Shown here: one piece after another, positions 55,563 to 64,000 of the stretch | How positions within the stretch are numbered: position 1 is the stretch's first letter | How the letters are laid out: each line of letters begins with the position of its first letter | Source: Alphaproteobacteria bacterium | GTDB taxonomy: Bacteria; Pseudomonadota; Alphaproteobacteria; Methylaequorales; Methylaequoraceae | Length of the DNA: 64,000 bases | Assembly (NCBI GenBank): GCA_045563025.1 | Contig: JBJKUS010000008.1 | Coordinates: forward strand, 72,910-136,909 | Reading direction: 5' to 3' | Position numbers and translations under genes: made by a program | The notes under the pieces: model-generated | What the model saw: the letters and a program-made list of their open reading frames with translations, nothing else | What the model was told of the DNA's origin: nothing | Databases searched by the model: none

Positions 55563-55995
55563 AATCCACTTTCTTTTTTGATGGGTATTGATTCTTTGTT
55601 TTTTTTTCTAATTTGTAAATTTCTTCAATTGAAATTTCTTCAAGCAGAAGCGAACATTTTTTCGTGATTTTTGAGATAATTGGTTCGATAATTTCTTTCG
55701 ATAAATCTGAGTTGTATATTTCATTCTTTTTTTTATCTATTGTGACTGATGAAACAACATCTGAGATTTTAATTTTTCTTCTTTCTTTAGCTAGTCTGTA
55801 TCCTCCATTTGGCCCCCTAGAACCGATAAGAATACCATTCTTTACAAGTGTTTGAAGTGTTTGCTCTAAATATCTTTTGGGAATACCTTGTCTTTTAGCA
55901 ATAGCTATATTTTGAACAGGATTAACACCGGAATTAATAGCAATGTCTATGACGGCTTCAATTGCGTAAATGATCCTTTTTTGTACTTTGAACAA
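55552..55995 (-). CDS. Rrf2-family transcriptional regulator (no Cys cluster triad)
   Basis: 147 aa with IAKRQGIPKRYLEQTLQTLVKNGILIGSRGPNGGYRL. It has only one Cys and overlaps cysK by 11 nt. Confidence 0.8.
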   Translation of the reverse strand: MFKVQKRIIYAIEAVIDIAINSGVNPVQNIAIAKRQGIPKRYLEQTLQTLVKNGILIGSRGPNGGYRLAKERRKIKISDVVSSVTIDKKKNEIYNSDLSKEIIEPIISKITKKCSLLLEEISIEEIYKLEKKTKNQYPSKKKVDFVI

Positions 55996-56008
55996 TTAAT
56001 TCTCCAGT

Positions 56009-56452
56009 TTAAACTCCAGTTGAGCCAAAGCCCCCCTGATCCCTCTTTGTTTTAGAGAGTGATGACTTTTCTATTAAAATAGTTTCAGGTACTCTTGAAA
56101 AGATGATCTGTGCTATTCTCATTCCTCTATGGATATCAAAGTTCTTTTTACTATGATTAATAAGTATAACTCCAACTTCACCTCTGTAATCCGCGTCAAT
56201 AGTGCCAGGTGAATTTAAAACAGTTACAGAGTTTTTTAGAGCAAGACCAGATCTTGGCCTTACTTGAGCCTCAAAATCTTTTGGCATCTCTAGGCAAAAG
56301 CCAGCAGGAATGAGTTCAGTACTACTTGGTTTTAGTGTGATCTTTTCTTCAATTGCCGCCATTAGGTCAAACCCAGCACTATCTTCAGTTCCCTTCTTTA
56401 AGTTATAAAGATCTGTACCGTTCTCTAAAATTTTATAGAATATTTTTGTCAT
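56009..56452 (-). CDS. dut: dUTP diphosphatase
   Basis: 147 aa with SAGFDL, RPRSGLA, GTIDADYRGE and GGFGSTG. Confidence 0.9.
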   Translation of the reverse strand: MTKIFYKILENGTDLYNLKKGTEDSAGFDLMAAIEEKITLKPSSTELIPAGFCLEMPKDFEAQVRPRSGLALKNSVTVLNSPGTIDADYRGEVGVILINHSKKNFDIHRGMRIAQIIFSRVPETILIEKSSLSKTKRDQGGFGSTGV

Positions 56453-57665
56453 CTTTAACTAATTTATTCTTTTTAAAAAAAGAAACAATTTTTTTTGTAA
56501 GTTTTAGCGCCACCATATTTTTTTTCATTTTCGGCCATTCTGATACCTTATTATCTTCAAAAAAAAAGATCTTATTTTTATCAGAAGAAAAAGCATTGTT
56601 TCTAGTTACCTTGTTTCCTAACATCCAGTCACAACCTTTCTCTTTCAATTTATTCTTTGTGTTTTTTAACAGATTTTCTGTCTCAGCAGAAAAACCTACT
56701 ATTAAGCTGGGTTTCAGTTTATGAGAAGAAATATATTTTAAAACATCTTTATTCAAGGAAAAATCCATTCTCCCGAATTTTCCACTTTTTTTTTTCTTTA
56801 TTTTGCTTTTGCTTACCTTTTTTACATACCAATCAGAGATTGCAGCTACTGAGATAAAAATATCACAGGGAAGGTTTTTTTTTGCAAATTCGAAAAAATC
56901 ATTTCCACTTTTAACTTGTATAAACTTAACTCCTTTTGGTGGCTCTAAGGTTGTTGGACCAGAAATAAGAGTAGTTTCGGCACCAAACTTAATAAGAGAA
57001 TCTGCTATTTCATAACCTTGTTGTCCAGAGGAAAAATTACTCAGGAATCTTACAGGATCAATTTTCTCAACTGATGGACCAGCGGTCACTACAGCTTTAA
57101 GACCTGACAGAATTTTTGGCGAAAAAATTAGGTTTAGGTTTTCAACTATCTGATTTATTTCCATTAATTTTCCAACTCCCTTGGTTCTGCAGGCAAGTCT
57201 TCCATCATATGGACTGAAAATATGAATTCCAAGTTTTTTAAGGTTGGAAATATTTTTTCTTACAATTTTATTTCCCCACATAATTGTGTTCATTGCAGGT
57301 GCAATTACTTTAACTTTATTTGATGCTAATAAAACATTTGTTGCTAGATCGTCTGCAATTCCATTTGACATTTTCGACAAAAAATTGGCTGTGCAAGGAG
57401 CCACAACTATAATATCAGAATTATTAGCTAATTTTATGTGATTCATATTACTTTCTTGATCTAAGGTAAATAAATTTGAATGTATTTTTTTACCTAAAAG
57501 ACTTTCAAATGAAAGAACATTAACAAAGTTTTCAGCATTTTTTGTTAGTATACATTCAACATTTGAGGCATTTTCTTGAAGCCTTCTTATCAAATCTAGT
57601 GATTTATACGAAGCTATTCCACCAGTAACTATTAGTAGAATTTTTTTTCCTTTTAGAAAGTTCAT
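56433..57665 (-). CDS. coaBC: Bifunctional phosphopantothenoylcysteine decarboxylase / phosphopantothenate-cysteine ligase
   Basis: 410 aa with the N-terminal flavoprotein motif VTGGIASYK and a C-terminal CoaB domain (ITAGPS-like VTAGPSVEKIDPVRFLSNFSSG). Confidence 0.9.
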   Translation of the reverse strand: MNFLKGKKILLIVTGGIASYKSLDLIRRLQENASNVECILTKNAENFVNVLSFESLLGKKIHSNLFTLDQESNMNHIKLANNSDIIVVAPCTANFLSKMSNGIADDLATNVLLASNKVKVIAPAMNTIMWGNKIVRKNISNLKKLGIHIFSPYDGRLACRTKGVGKLMEINQIVENLNLIFSPKILSGLKAVVTAGPSVEKIDPVRFLSNFSSGQQGYEIADSLIKFGAETTLISGPTTLEPPKGVKFIQVKSGNDFFEFAKKNLPCDIFISVAAISDWYVKKVSKSKIKKKKSGKFGRMDFSLNKDVLKYISSHKLKPSLIVGFSAETENLLKNTKNKLKEKGCDWMLGNKVTRNNAFSSDKNKIFFFEDNKVSEWPKMKKNMVALKLTKKIVSFFKKNKLVKDDKNIL

Positions 57666-58378
57666 TTTTTTTGTGCAATATGGATTGAGGCTAATCCGTC
57701 TATTATATCGATAACCTTTATGTTGGAGTATCTGTGTCTTTTAAGTTTGCCTGATAGTTCAGCTTGATTTGGAAATTGTTTTATACTTTCAATAAGATAA
57801 TTATAAGCCATTCTTTGATTTAAAAAAAAACCTGCATACCTAGGAATAATCTTTCCATACAAATTAAATAAATCTCTTATGAAAAAGTTGTTTATTTCAC
57901 TAAATTCCAAACACAAAAAAAATCCATTTTTCTTCAGTACTCTCCAAACCTCTCTCAGCGATTGATCCAAGTCTGAAAAATTTCGTAGACCAAAAGCAAC
58001 CATTACATAATCAAAACTTTCTTTTTTAAAAGGTAACTTCTCAGCATACCCACATATAATCTGAGCGTTCTTAACTTTTTTCTTTGCTTTTTGAAGCATT
58101 TTTATATTTGAGTCATAAATCAAACAATTACAATCTACTCGATTTTTTAAAAGTACTGTTAGGTCTCCGGATCCGGAGGCAAGATCGAGTACATATGATT
58201 GATCTTCAACATCTATGAGTGAAATTAACTTTTCTTTCCAGCTTTTGTGAAGACCAAAGCTCATTAAATCATTCATAAGGTCATAGTTGTCCGCAACATT
58301 AGAAAAAATTTGACTAACAAATTTTTCTTTCTTATTTTTATTTAACGATTTAAAATTTTTTAAAAAGTTATTCTCCAT
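57662..58378 (-). CDS. ubiE: Ubiquinone/menaquinone biosynthesis C-methyltransferase UbiE
   Basis: 238 aa with YDLMNDLMSFGLH and the SAM motif VLDLASGSGD. Confidence 0.85.
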   Translation of the reverse strand: MENNFLKNFKSLNKNKKEKFVSQIFSNVADNYDLMNDLMSFGLHKSWKEKLISLIDVEDQSYVLDLASGSGDLTVLLKNRVDCNCLIYDSNIKMLQKAKKKVKNAQIICGYAEKLPFKKESFDYVMVAFGLRNFSDLDQSLREVWRVLKKNGFFLCLEFSEINNFFIRDLFNLYGKIIPRYAGFFLNQRMAYNYLIESIKQFPNQAELSGKLKRHRYSNIKVIDIIDGLASIHIAQKK

Positions 58379-59195
58379 GCCTGAATTACCTGAAGTTGAA
58401 GTTGTTAAAAATTTCTTGAAATCTAATTTTCAAAAAAAAAAAATCATAAAAGTTAAAATTATTAATAAAAACCTACGCTTCGAAATCCAAAGTATCATAA
58501 AAACAAAATTAACTAACCTAATAATAACAAAAATTTATAGAAGAGGTAAATATTTAATACTATTACTTGAAAATAATTTAAGCTTGATGATTCATCTTGG
58601 AATGACAGGTTACTTCAGGATGACAAATGAAGAAAATAGAAAGAAGCATGACCATCTGATTTTTTATTTTTGTTCAAAAGTTTTAATTTTTAATGATGTA
58701 AGAAAATTTGGTTTTATAAAATTATATAATTTTGAAGAATTAAATGATTCAAAGCATCTTAAAGATATGGGTCCTGAACCTTTTTCGGATGGATTTAACT
58801 TAAATTATTTTACGAAAAAAATTAAAAGAAAATGTAGCGTAAAAAACTTACTTATGAACCAAAAATTTGTTGCGGGCTTAGGAAATATTTACTGTTCAGA
58901 AATTTTATTTGACGCAGGTGTTAATCCTGAAAAAATTTGTAATGAATTAAGTAAAAAACAGATCGAAAAAATAATATTATCAACCAGAAGAATTTTAGAA
59001 AAAGCAATAAATTTTGGTGGCACCACAATAAAAAACTTTGTTGTTAATAATGAAAAAATTGGTTATTTTAAGAATAAGTTAAAGGTATATGGAAAAGAAA
59101 ATCAAAGTTGTCCTAGATGCAAATCTCTTGCTAAAATCCAAAGAATTAAGCAAAGCGGAAGGTCTACGTTTCTTTGTACAAAATGTCAGAATTAA
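58377..59195 (+). CDS. mutM: Formamidopyrimidine-DNA glycosylase (Fpg/MutM)
   Basis: 272 aa with the N-terminal MPELPEVE and the C-terminal zinc finger CPRC...CTKC. Confidence 0.9.
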   Translation: MPELPEVEVVKNFLKSNFQKKKIIKVKIINKNLRFEIQSIIKTKLTNLIITKIYRRGKYLILLLENNLSLMIHLGMTGYFRMTNEENRKKHDHLIFYFCSKVLIFNDVRKFGFIKLYNFEELNDSKHLKDMGPEPFSDGFNLNYFTKKIKRKCSVKNLLMNQKFVAGLGNIYCSEILFDAGVNPEKICNELSKKQIEKIILSTRRILEKAINFGGTTIKNFVVNNEKIGYFKNKLKVYGKENQSCPRCKSLAKIQRIKQSGRSTFLCTKCQN

Positions 59196-59538
59196 TGTAA
59201 CATTTTTTCTATTTCTTTTATTTAATACTTATATCCAGGTTTCAGCAAGTGAATTTGTTTATGGACTAGAAGAGATTCCTGTTTACAAAGAAATGGAATA
59301 TGTTGATGAATCAAATGTATTATTTGATAAAATAAATGGCAGATTTGTATCTTCAGAAATAATAGGAGATTATAATGTTCAAGAGATTAAGTCATATTAT
59401 TCATCTGTTTTGCCTAACCTTGGCTGGCACAAGATAAATGAAAGTCTGTTTGAGAGAGGCAGAGAATATCTAGAAATTTCAGTTTTGGAGGAAAATTCAG
59501 TGTCAAAAGTCAAATTCAGCATTTTTCCTAAAGAATAA
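59089..59538 (+). CDS. Hypothetical exported protein (start uncertain)
   Basis: A signal-like segment VTFFLFLLFNTYIQVSA begins right after the mutM stop. The only in-frame ATG (59089) or TTG (59128) lies inside mutM. Confidence 0.4.
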   Translation: MEKKIKVVLDANLLLKSKELSKAEGLRFFVQNVRINVTFFLFLLFNTYIQVSASEFVYGLEEIPVYKEMEYVDESNVLFDKINGRFVSSEIIGDYNVQEIKSYYSSVLPNLGWHKINESLFERGREYLEISVLEENSVSKVKFSIFPKE

Positions 59539-59548
59539 AAAATTATTC

Positions 59549-59577
59549 TTGACCACAACAACTTTCAAAAGTATAAA
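59549..59577 (+). promoter_or_regulatory. Sigma70-type promoter of rpsT
   Basis: TTGACC, 17-nt spacer, TATAAA. The -10 ends 9 nt before the ATG at 59587, implying a very short or absent leader. Confidence 0.5.
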
Positions 59578-59586
59578 ACTACTGCT

Positions 59587-59853
59587 ATGGCGAATATAAA
59601 ATCAGCAAAAAAAAGAATTCTTCAGAATCAGAGAAAGTCTGAGATAAATAAATTCCGGAAGTCTAGAATTAGAAGTAGTATAAAAAACCTTAGTAATTTA
59701 ATTGTGAATAAAAAAAAAGATGATTCTAGAAGTAAATTTTTGGTCCTAGAGTCGGAGCTCTCAAAAGCTGTTTCAAAGGGTGTTTACAAAAGGAATACTG
59801 CATCTAGAATTATTTCTAGATTATCTCAAAAAATAAAATCTCTATCAAAATAA
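59587..59853 (+). CDS. rpsT: 30S ribosomal protein S20
   Basis: 88 aa with MANIKSAKKRILQNQRK. Confidence 0.9.
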   Translation: MANIKSAKKRILQNQRKSEINKFRKSRIRSSIKNLSNLIVNKKKDDSRSKFLVLESELSKAVSKGVYKRNTASRIISRLSQKIKSLSK

Positions 59854-59920
59854 TTTTTTTTTTGTTTTTATTGATTCAATTTTTCTAATTAGTTAATCTA
59901 AAACACTTTTGGAAATTATT

Positions 59921-60343
59921 ATGGAATTAGATTATGCTGGGGATTTGACCCCGAATGAAGTATGGCAAATGCTAAAGGACGATGAAAATTGTCATCTCAT
60001 TGATTGCAGATCCTCTGCTGAATGGTTATTAGTAGGCGTCCCAGAACTTGAATCAATAAATAAAAGCACTTTATTCATAGAATGGCAGACATTTCCTATG
60101 ATGGAGAAAAATCAAAGGTTTTTTCAAGACGTCTCAGAAAATGTTCCAAGTAAAGATACAAAAATCATTTTTCTATGTAGATCTGGTGCTAGATCTAGAT
60201 CTGCGGCGGAATTTATGACATCTCAAGGTTTTAATAATTGTTATAATTGTCTAGAGGGTTTTGAGGGCAGTCACAATGAATCAGGTCATAGAAGTTCTGT
60301 TAATGGATGGAAATTTCTTGGTTTACCTTGGAAACAGGGATGA
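59921..60343 (+). CDS. Single-domain rhodanese-like sulfurtransferase
   Basis: Active-site loop CRSGARS. I chose the ATG at 59921 because the ORF-track start at 59909 is a TTG. Confidence 0.75.
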   Translation: MELDYAGDLTPNEVWQMLKDDENCHLIDCRSSAEWLLVGVPELESINKSTLFIEWQTFPMMEKNQRFFQDVSENVPSKDTKIIFLCRSGARSRSAAEFMTSQGFNNCYNCLEGFEGSHNESGHRSSVNGWKFLGLPWKQG

Positions 60344-60347
60344 CAAG

Positions 60348-61721
60348 ATGACAAAGAATACAACAAACCTTTCAGAGATTCAGGCGCAGTGGGTTACAGT
60401 TAGAGGAAAGATTAGACAGAAGATTGGTGATGCACAGTTTACCAGTTGGATAAAAATGCTAACGCTTGAAGATTACGAGGACCATAAAGTTACCCTAAGT
60501 GTCCCAAGTAGTTTCATAAGAACAAGAATTATTGAACAATACTTAGACATTATAAAGAGCTACTGGTATGTACAAAATTTAAAAATCAATGATATTAAAA
60601 TTATAGTCACTACTAAAAATCAAGTTGTTGACAACAAGACAAAAATTAATGAAGAAAATAATACAAAAAATAAAGGCCAAAATGATGTTTTTAAATCAAT
60701 AAGTTCTGATCTAGATAACAGGTTTACTTTTTCAAATTTTATTGTTGGGAAACCCAATGAACTAGCATTTGCTGCAGCCAGAAGAGTTGCTGAATCAGAG
60801 GACGTTCCCTTTAACCCACTTTTTTTATATGGTGGTGTAGGCCTCGGGAAAACTCACCTAATGCACTCGATTGCACATGAAATAAAAAAAAGAAACCCTT
60901 TAAGAAGAGTTATTTATATGTCAGCTGAAAAGTTTATGTATCATTTTATTAAAGCCTTAAGATTTAAAAATACTGTTGCTTTTAAAGAGCAATTCAGAAA
61001 TGTTGATGTTTTGATGATAGACGATGTTCAATTTATTTCTGGTAAAGAATCAACACAAGAGGAGTTTTTTCATACTTTTAATGCTTTGATTGATCAAAGA
61101 AAGCAGTTAATAATTTCTGCTGATAAATCGCCACAGGACCTTGAAGGTATTGAAGAAAGAATGAGGTCAAGGTTAGGTTGGGGATTGGTTGCTGATATAC
61201 ATCCACTAACTTATGAGCTGAGACTCGGAATTTTACAGGCAAAAGAAGAAAAATTGTCAACCCGCATATCTGCTACTATTTTAGAGTTTTTAGCGCATAA
61301 AATAACAAGTAATGTAAGAGAACTAGAGGGAGCTCTAAATCGCTTATCTGCCTTCTCCTCTTTGGTTGGTAGAGATATAAATTTAGATATGGTTCAAGAT
61401 TTACTTAAAGATCTTCTGAAGTCTTCACAGAAAAAAGTTAATATTGAAGAAATCCAAAAGAAAGTGTCTCAACATTTTAATGTCAAGGTTTCAGATATGA
61501 GTTCAGCAAGAAGGTCAAGAACTGTCGCTAGACCACGTCAGGTTGCAATGTATCTGTCTAAGAACCTTACATCTAGGTCCTTGCCTGAAATTGGAAGAAG
61601 ATTTGGTAACAGAGACCATACGACTGTAATTCATGCTGTTAGGAAAGTTGAGGAGTTAATGAATAAAGACGCTGGTTTTGATGAGGATGTACAATTATTG
61701 ATTAGAATGTTGGAATCTTAA
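60348..61721 (+). CDS. dnaA: Chromosomal replication initiator protein DnaA
   Basis: I chose the start at MTKNTTN. Motifs are Walker A GGVGLGKTHL, MIDDVQF, and C-terminal RPRQVAMYL...DHTTV. Confidence 0.95.
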   Translation: MTKNTTNLSEIQAQWVTVRGKIRQKIGDAQFTSWIKMLTLEDYEDHKVTLSVPSSFIRTRIIEQYLDIIKSYWYVQNLKINDIKIIVTTKNQVVDNKTKINEENNTKNKGQNDVFKSISSDLDNRFTFSNFIVGKPNELAFAAARRVAESEDVPFNPLFLYGGVGLGKTHLMHSIAHEIKKRNPLRRVIYMSAEKFMYHFIKALRFKNTVAFKEQFRNVDVLMIDDVQFISGKESTQEEFFHTFNALIDQRKQLIISADKSPQDLEGIEERMRSRLGWGLVADIHPLTYELRLGILQAKEEKLSTRISATILEFLAHKITSNVRELEGALNRLSAFSSLVGRDINLDMVQDLLKDLLKSSQKKVNIEEIQKKVSQHFNVKVSDMSSARRSRTVARPRQVAMYLSKNLTSRSLPEIGRRFGNRDHTTVIHAVRKVEELMNKDAGFDEDVQLLIRMLES

Positions 61722-61723
61722 AT

Positions 61724-62827
61724 ATGGAATTTACAATTAAAAAGAAAATATTATTGGACTGTTTATCACACTTTCAAAGTGTAGTTGAAAGAAGAAATAC
61801 GATTCCAATTCTTTCGAATATTAAAATTAATGCAATTGAAGGTGGTCTCACCCTCACAGCTACCGACTTAATAATGGAACTGAGTGAAAGTTTGCCAGCG
61901 AAGGTTTCTTCACCAGGCGGAGTTACAATATCTTCGCAACTTTTCTTTGAAATTATCAGGAAGGCTCCAGATCACTCTGATATCACTCTTAAAGTTGATG
62001 AAAAAAGTGGATCTGTTTTTGTTTTGTTTGGCGAATCAAAGTTTTCACTTCCTACATTACCTATTGACGATTTTCCCGTAATGGATGCTGATAAACTTGA
62101 TGTGATGCTTGAATTAAAATCAGATGAATTGAAGAATTTAATAAATAATTGTAAGTTTTGTATGGGTCTTGACGAATCAAGACAATACCTAAACGGGATT
62201 TACTTACATAAGAATGAAGATCAAGTAACAACAGTTGCAACGGACGGCCATAGACTCTCAAAAAGTATGATTACTCAAGGTGATAAGAACTCCTTCGAGG
62301 GAATTATTGTCCCAAAAAAAACTGTGATAGAAATTTCCAAGATTCTTGATGATTGTGCCGATAAAATTTCTATCAGTTTTTCAAAGACACGTATTAAGTT
62401 TGTAATCGGTAATTTAATTGTCGTTTCAAAGTTAGTCAATGCCTCATTCCCTGATTATGAAAGTGTTATTCCAAAAGATAATGATCAAATAATGGTGGTT
62501 GATTGCAAAAGTTTTAGTCAAACAATTGATAGAGTCTCTACAATTTCAGATGAGAAGTTTAGAACAGTAAAATTTTCAATTTCTGGTAACAACTGTGTTG
62601 TAAGTTCTTTTGGAAATGATAAATCAGTTGGAACTGAGAACGTGGATGTTGAATTTTCAGGTTCAGAAATCTCAATAAATTTTAATGCACGTTATATTCT
62701 TGACGTTTTAAATATAATCAAAAGTGGAAAAGTTAAGTTCTATTTTTCACAAAAAACTGCTCCAACTATACTTGAGTCCGATGCGTTAAAAAATTCACTT
62801 TTTTTAATTATGCAGATGAGAGCATAA
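61724..62827 (+). CDS. dnaN: DNA polymerase III beta sliding clamp
   Basis: 367 aa with ILSNIKI...LTLTATD and ATDGHRLS. Confidence 0.9.
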   Translation: MEFTIKKKILLDCLSHFQSVVERRNTIPILSNIKINAIEGGLTLTATDLIMELSESLPAKVSSPGGVTISSQLFFEIIRKAPDHSDITLKVDEKSGSVFVLFGESKFSLPTLPIDDFPVMDADKLDVMLELKSDELKNLINNCKFCMGLDESRQYLNGIYLHKNEDQVTTVATDGHRLSKSMITQGDKNSFEGIIVPKKTVIEISKILDDCADKISISFSKTRIKFVIGNLIVVSKLVNASFPDYESVIPKDNDQIMVVDCKSFSQTIDRVSTISDEKFRTVKFSISGNNCVVSSFGNDKSVGTENVDVEFSGSEISINFNARYILDVLNIIKSGKVKFYFSQKTAPTILESDALKNSLFLIMQMRA

Positions 62828-62833
62828 TTTTCA

Positions 62834-63973
62834 ATGAATTCAAATCTAAGAATTGAAAAACTTATATTAAACAATTTTAGAAACCATAATTATCTTAAAC
62901 TAGATATAAAAAAAAATATGGTTTTAATATATGGGAAAAATGGCTCTGGAAAAACGAGTGTTTTGGAATCAATATCTCTATTTGATTCATCAAATGGATT
63001 TAAGGCGTTAAGTCTTAATGAAACGATAAATTTTAATTACAAGGGACCATTAGAAATGTTTGGAGTTAATTTATCCTTAAAATCCCTTGATAGTTTAAGC
63101 ACAGTTGGCCTAAGTCTTAGAAAAAAAAATGATATGCTTAGAAAAGTTATTAGCATAGATGGGAAATTATCAAGAAAAACCAACCCAAAGATTTTGAATG
63201 TATATTCAGTTTTTCCAAAAATGACTTTTTTATTTCAAAATAGTTCTGAAGATAGAAGAGGTTTTTTAGATCAAATGATTTCAACAACTGATAAAGAGCA
63301 TAGAAAAAACTTAATCAATTATGAGAAGTATAAGAGTGAAAGAATAAAAATTCTCAAAAAATGGAAAAATTGCAATACAGAGTGGCTTGATGCAGTAGAA
63401 AAAAAAATGGTTTTTTATGGAATGGTAATATGTGATTGTCGGCGAAACTTTGTGAAAAGCCTAAATCATATGTTATTAAATTTAGAATCATCACTACCTT
63501 ATTTTCAAGTCAAACTAAATGGAAAGCTGGATAAGCTTTTACTTGAAAAACCGTCAATACAAGTAGAAGATTTCTTTTTTTCTTCTCTAAGAGAAAATAG
63601 AACAAGAGATTCTATTATTGGAAGGACAAGTTTTAGTGCTAATAAAACTGATATAATAGTTTATGAAAAAAAATCTAACAAAGAAGCTAAAAGTTTTTCA
63701 ACTGGTCAACAAAAAACAATTTTGTTTTTAATGATTTTTGCTTTTATCAAACATCTTGAAACAATATCGTATGAAAGAATAATTTTTTTACTCGACGATG
63801 TCTTTTCATATTTAGACGATAAGTTTATTTATCTGGTTTTAGAAAAATTAAATGAATTGAATGTGCAAATATGGATGACAGATGTTAAAGGAGATTGGAT
63901 CTTTAGGGATAAAAGATACAATAAAATTGTAGATAAGATAAATATTGACGATAAAAGGTTTAAAGTTAGTTAA
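62834..63973 (+). CDS. recF: DNA replication and repair protein RecF
   Basis: 379 aa with Walker A GKNGSGKTS, the signature FSTGQQK and Walker B LLDDVFSYLD. Confidence 0.85.
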   Translation: MNSNLRIEKLILNNFRNHNYLKLDIKKNMVLIYGKNGSGKTSVLESISLFDSSNGFKALSLNETINFNYKGPLEMFGVNLSLKSLDSLSTVGLSLRKKNDMLRKVISIDGKLSRKTNPKILNVYSVFPKMTFLFQNSSEDRRGFLDQMISTTDKEHRKNLINYEKYKSERIKILKKWKNCNTEWLDAVEKKMVFYGMVICDCRRNFVKSLNHMLLNLESSLPYFQVKLNGKLDKLLLEKPSIQVEDFFFSSLRENRTRDSIIGRTSFSANKTDIIVYEKKSNKEAKSFSTGQQKTILFLMIFAFIKHLETISYERIIFLLDDVFSYLDDKFIYLVLEKLNELNVQIWMTDVKGDWIFRDKRYNKIVDKINIDDKRFKVS

Positions 63974-64000
63974 AATTAGATATAATAATTAAATCTAATT

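Noticed and set aside
652-62261. Many 60-150 aa ORFs in the track lie antisense to, or out of frame within, well-supported genes. Examples are 652-837, 3448-3731, 4987-5235, 6359-6772, 8060-8311, 9835-10083, 12722-12952, 14702-15160, 15867-16292, 17775-18455, 26466-27245, 36616-36945, 37306-37955, 41252-41557, 42987-43280, 46384-46608, 47611-47916, 53532-53792, 54796-55068, 56353-57441 and 61884-62261.
   Set aside because: These are shadow ORFs. They have low-complexity or F/L/S/K-biased translations typical of the opposite strand of AT-rich genes, show no motifs, and each fully overlaps a gene with clear family signatures.
1-64000. A search by eye for tRNA, rRNA, tmRNA, RNase P and SRP RNA, known riboswitches and CRISPR arrays.
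   Set aside because: No GTTCGAATC-type T-loops or GC-rich structured segments of suitable size occur in any spacer. All spacers over 100 nt are AT-rich. A covariance-model scan would be needed to exclude small RNAs.

Overview
The window is AT-rich (about 30% GC by eye) and extremely gene-dense. Most neighbouring genes abut or overlap by 1-29 nt. Gene content and synteny (mutS-glnD-murJ-trpS; fur-olsBA-miaB-phoH-ybeY-corC-lnt-metK-trmB; nusA-infB-rbfA-truB-rpsO-pnp; rpsT-dnaA-dnaN-recF) indicate a streamlined marine alphaproteobacterium, probably SAR11/Pelagibacterales-like. That taxon call is inference only. I found no rRNA, tRNA, CRISPR array, transposase or integrase.

Three regions stand out from the housekeeping genes:
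- (1) A ~16.5 kb phosphate-stress block (485-16933) carries an olsBA-like pair, a sixA-like gene, ppx, a frameshifted ppk, gap-arsJ, plcP-agt-dgkA, an OprP-like porin and a phoR-like kinase. Its transcription units share an 11-bp-phased TTGT(A/C)AT direct-repeat motif that I read as candidate Pho boxes.
- (2) A small module inserted in that block (9744-11727) has two paralogous HTH genes transcribed divergently from overlapping promoters with ACGCAA/TTGCGT palindromes. It also holds a lysine-rich tandem-repeat tail, a 24-aa ORF with a consensus SD, and a Fae-like gene.
- (3) An Irr-like regulator is followed by a perfect ICE-type palindrome and a rubrerythrin / HdrD-GlpC-like Fe-S protein / DUF3501 operon (49531-52436).

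Motif coordinates were hand-counted and may be off by 1-2 nt. All family assignments come from motifs and memory, not from searches.
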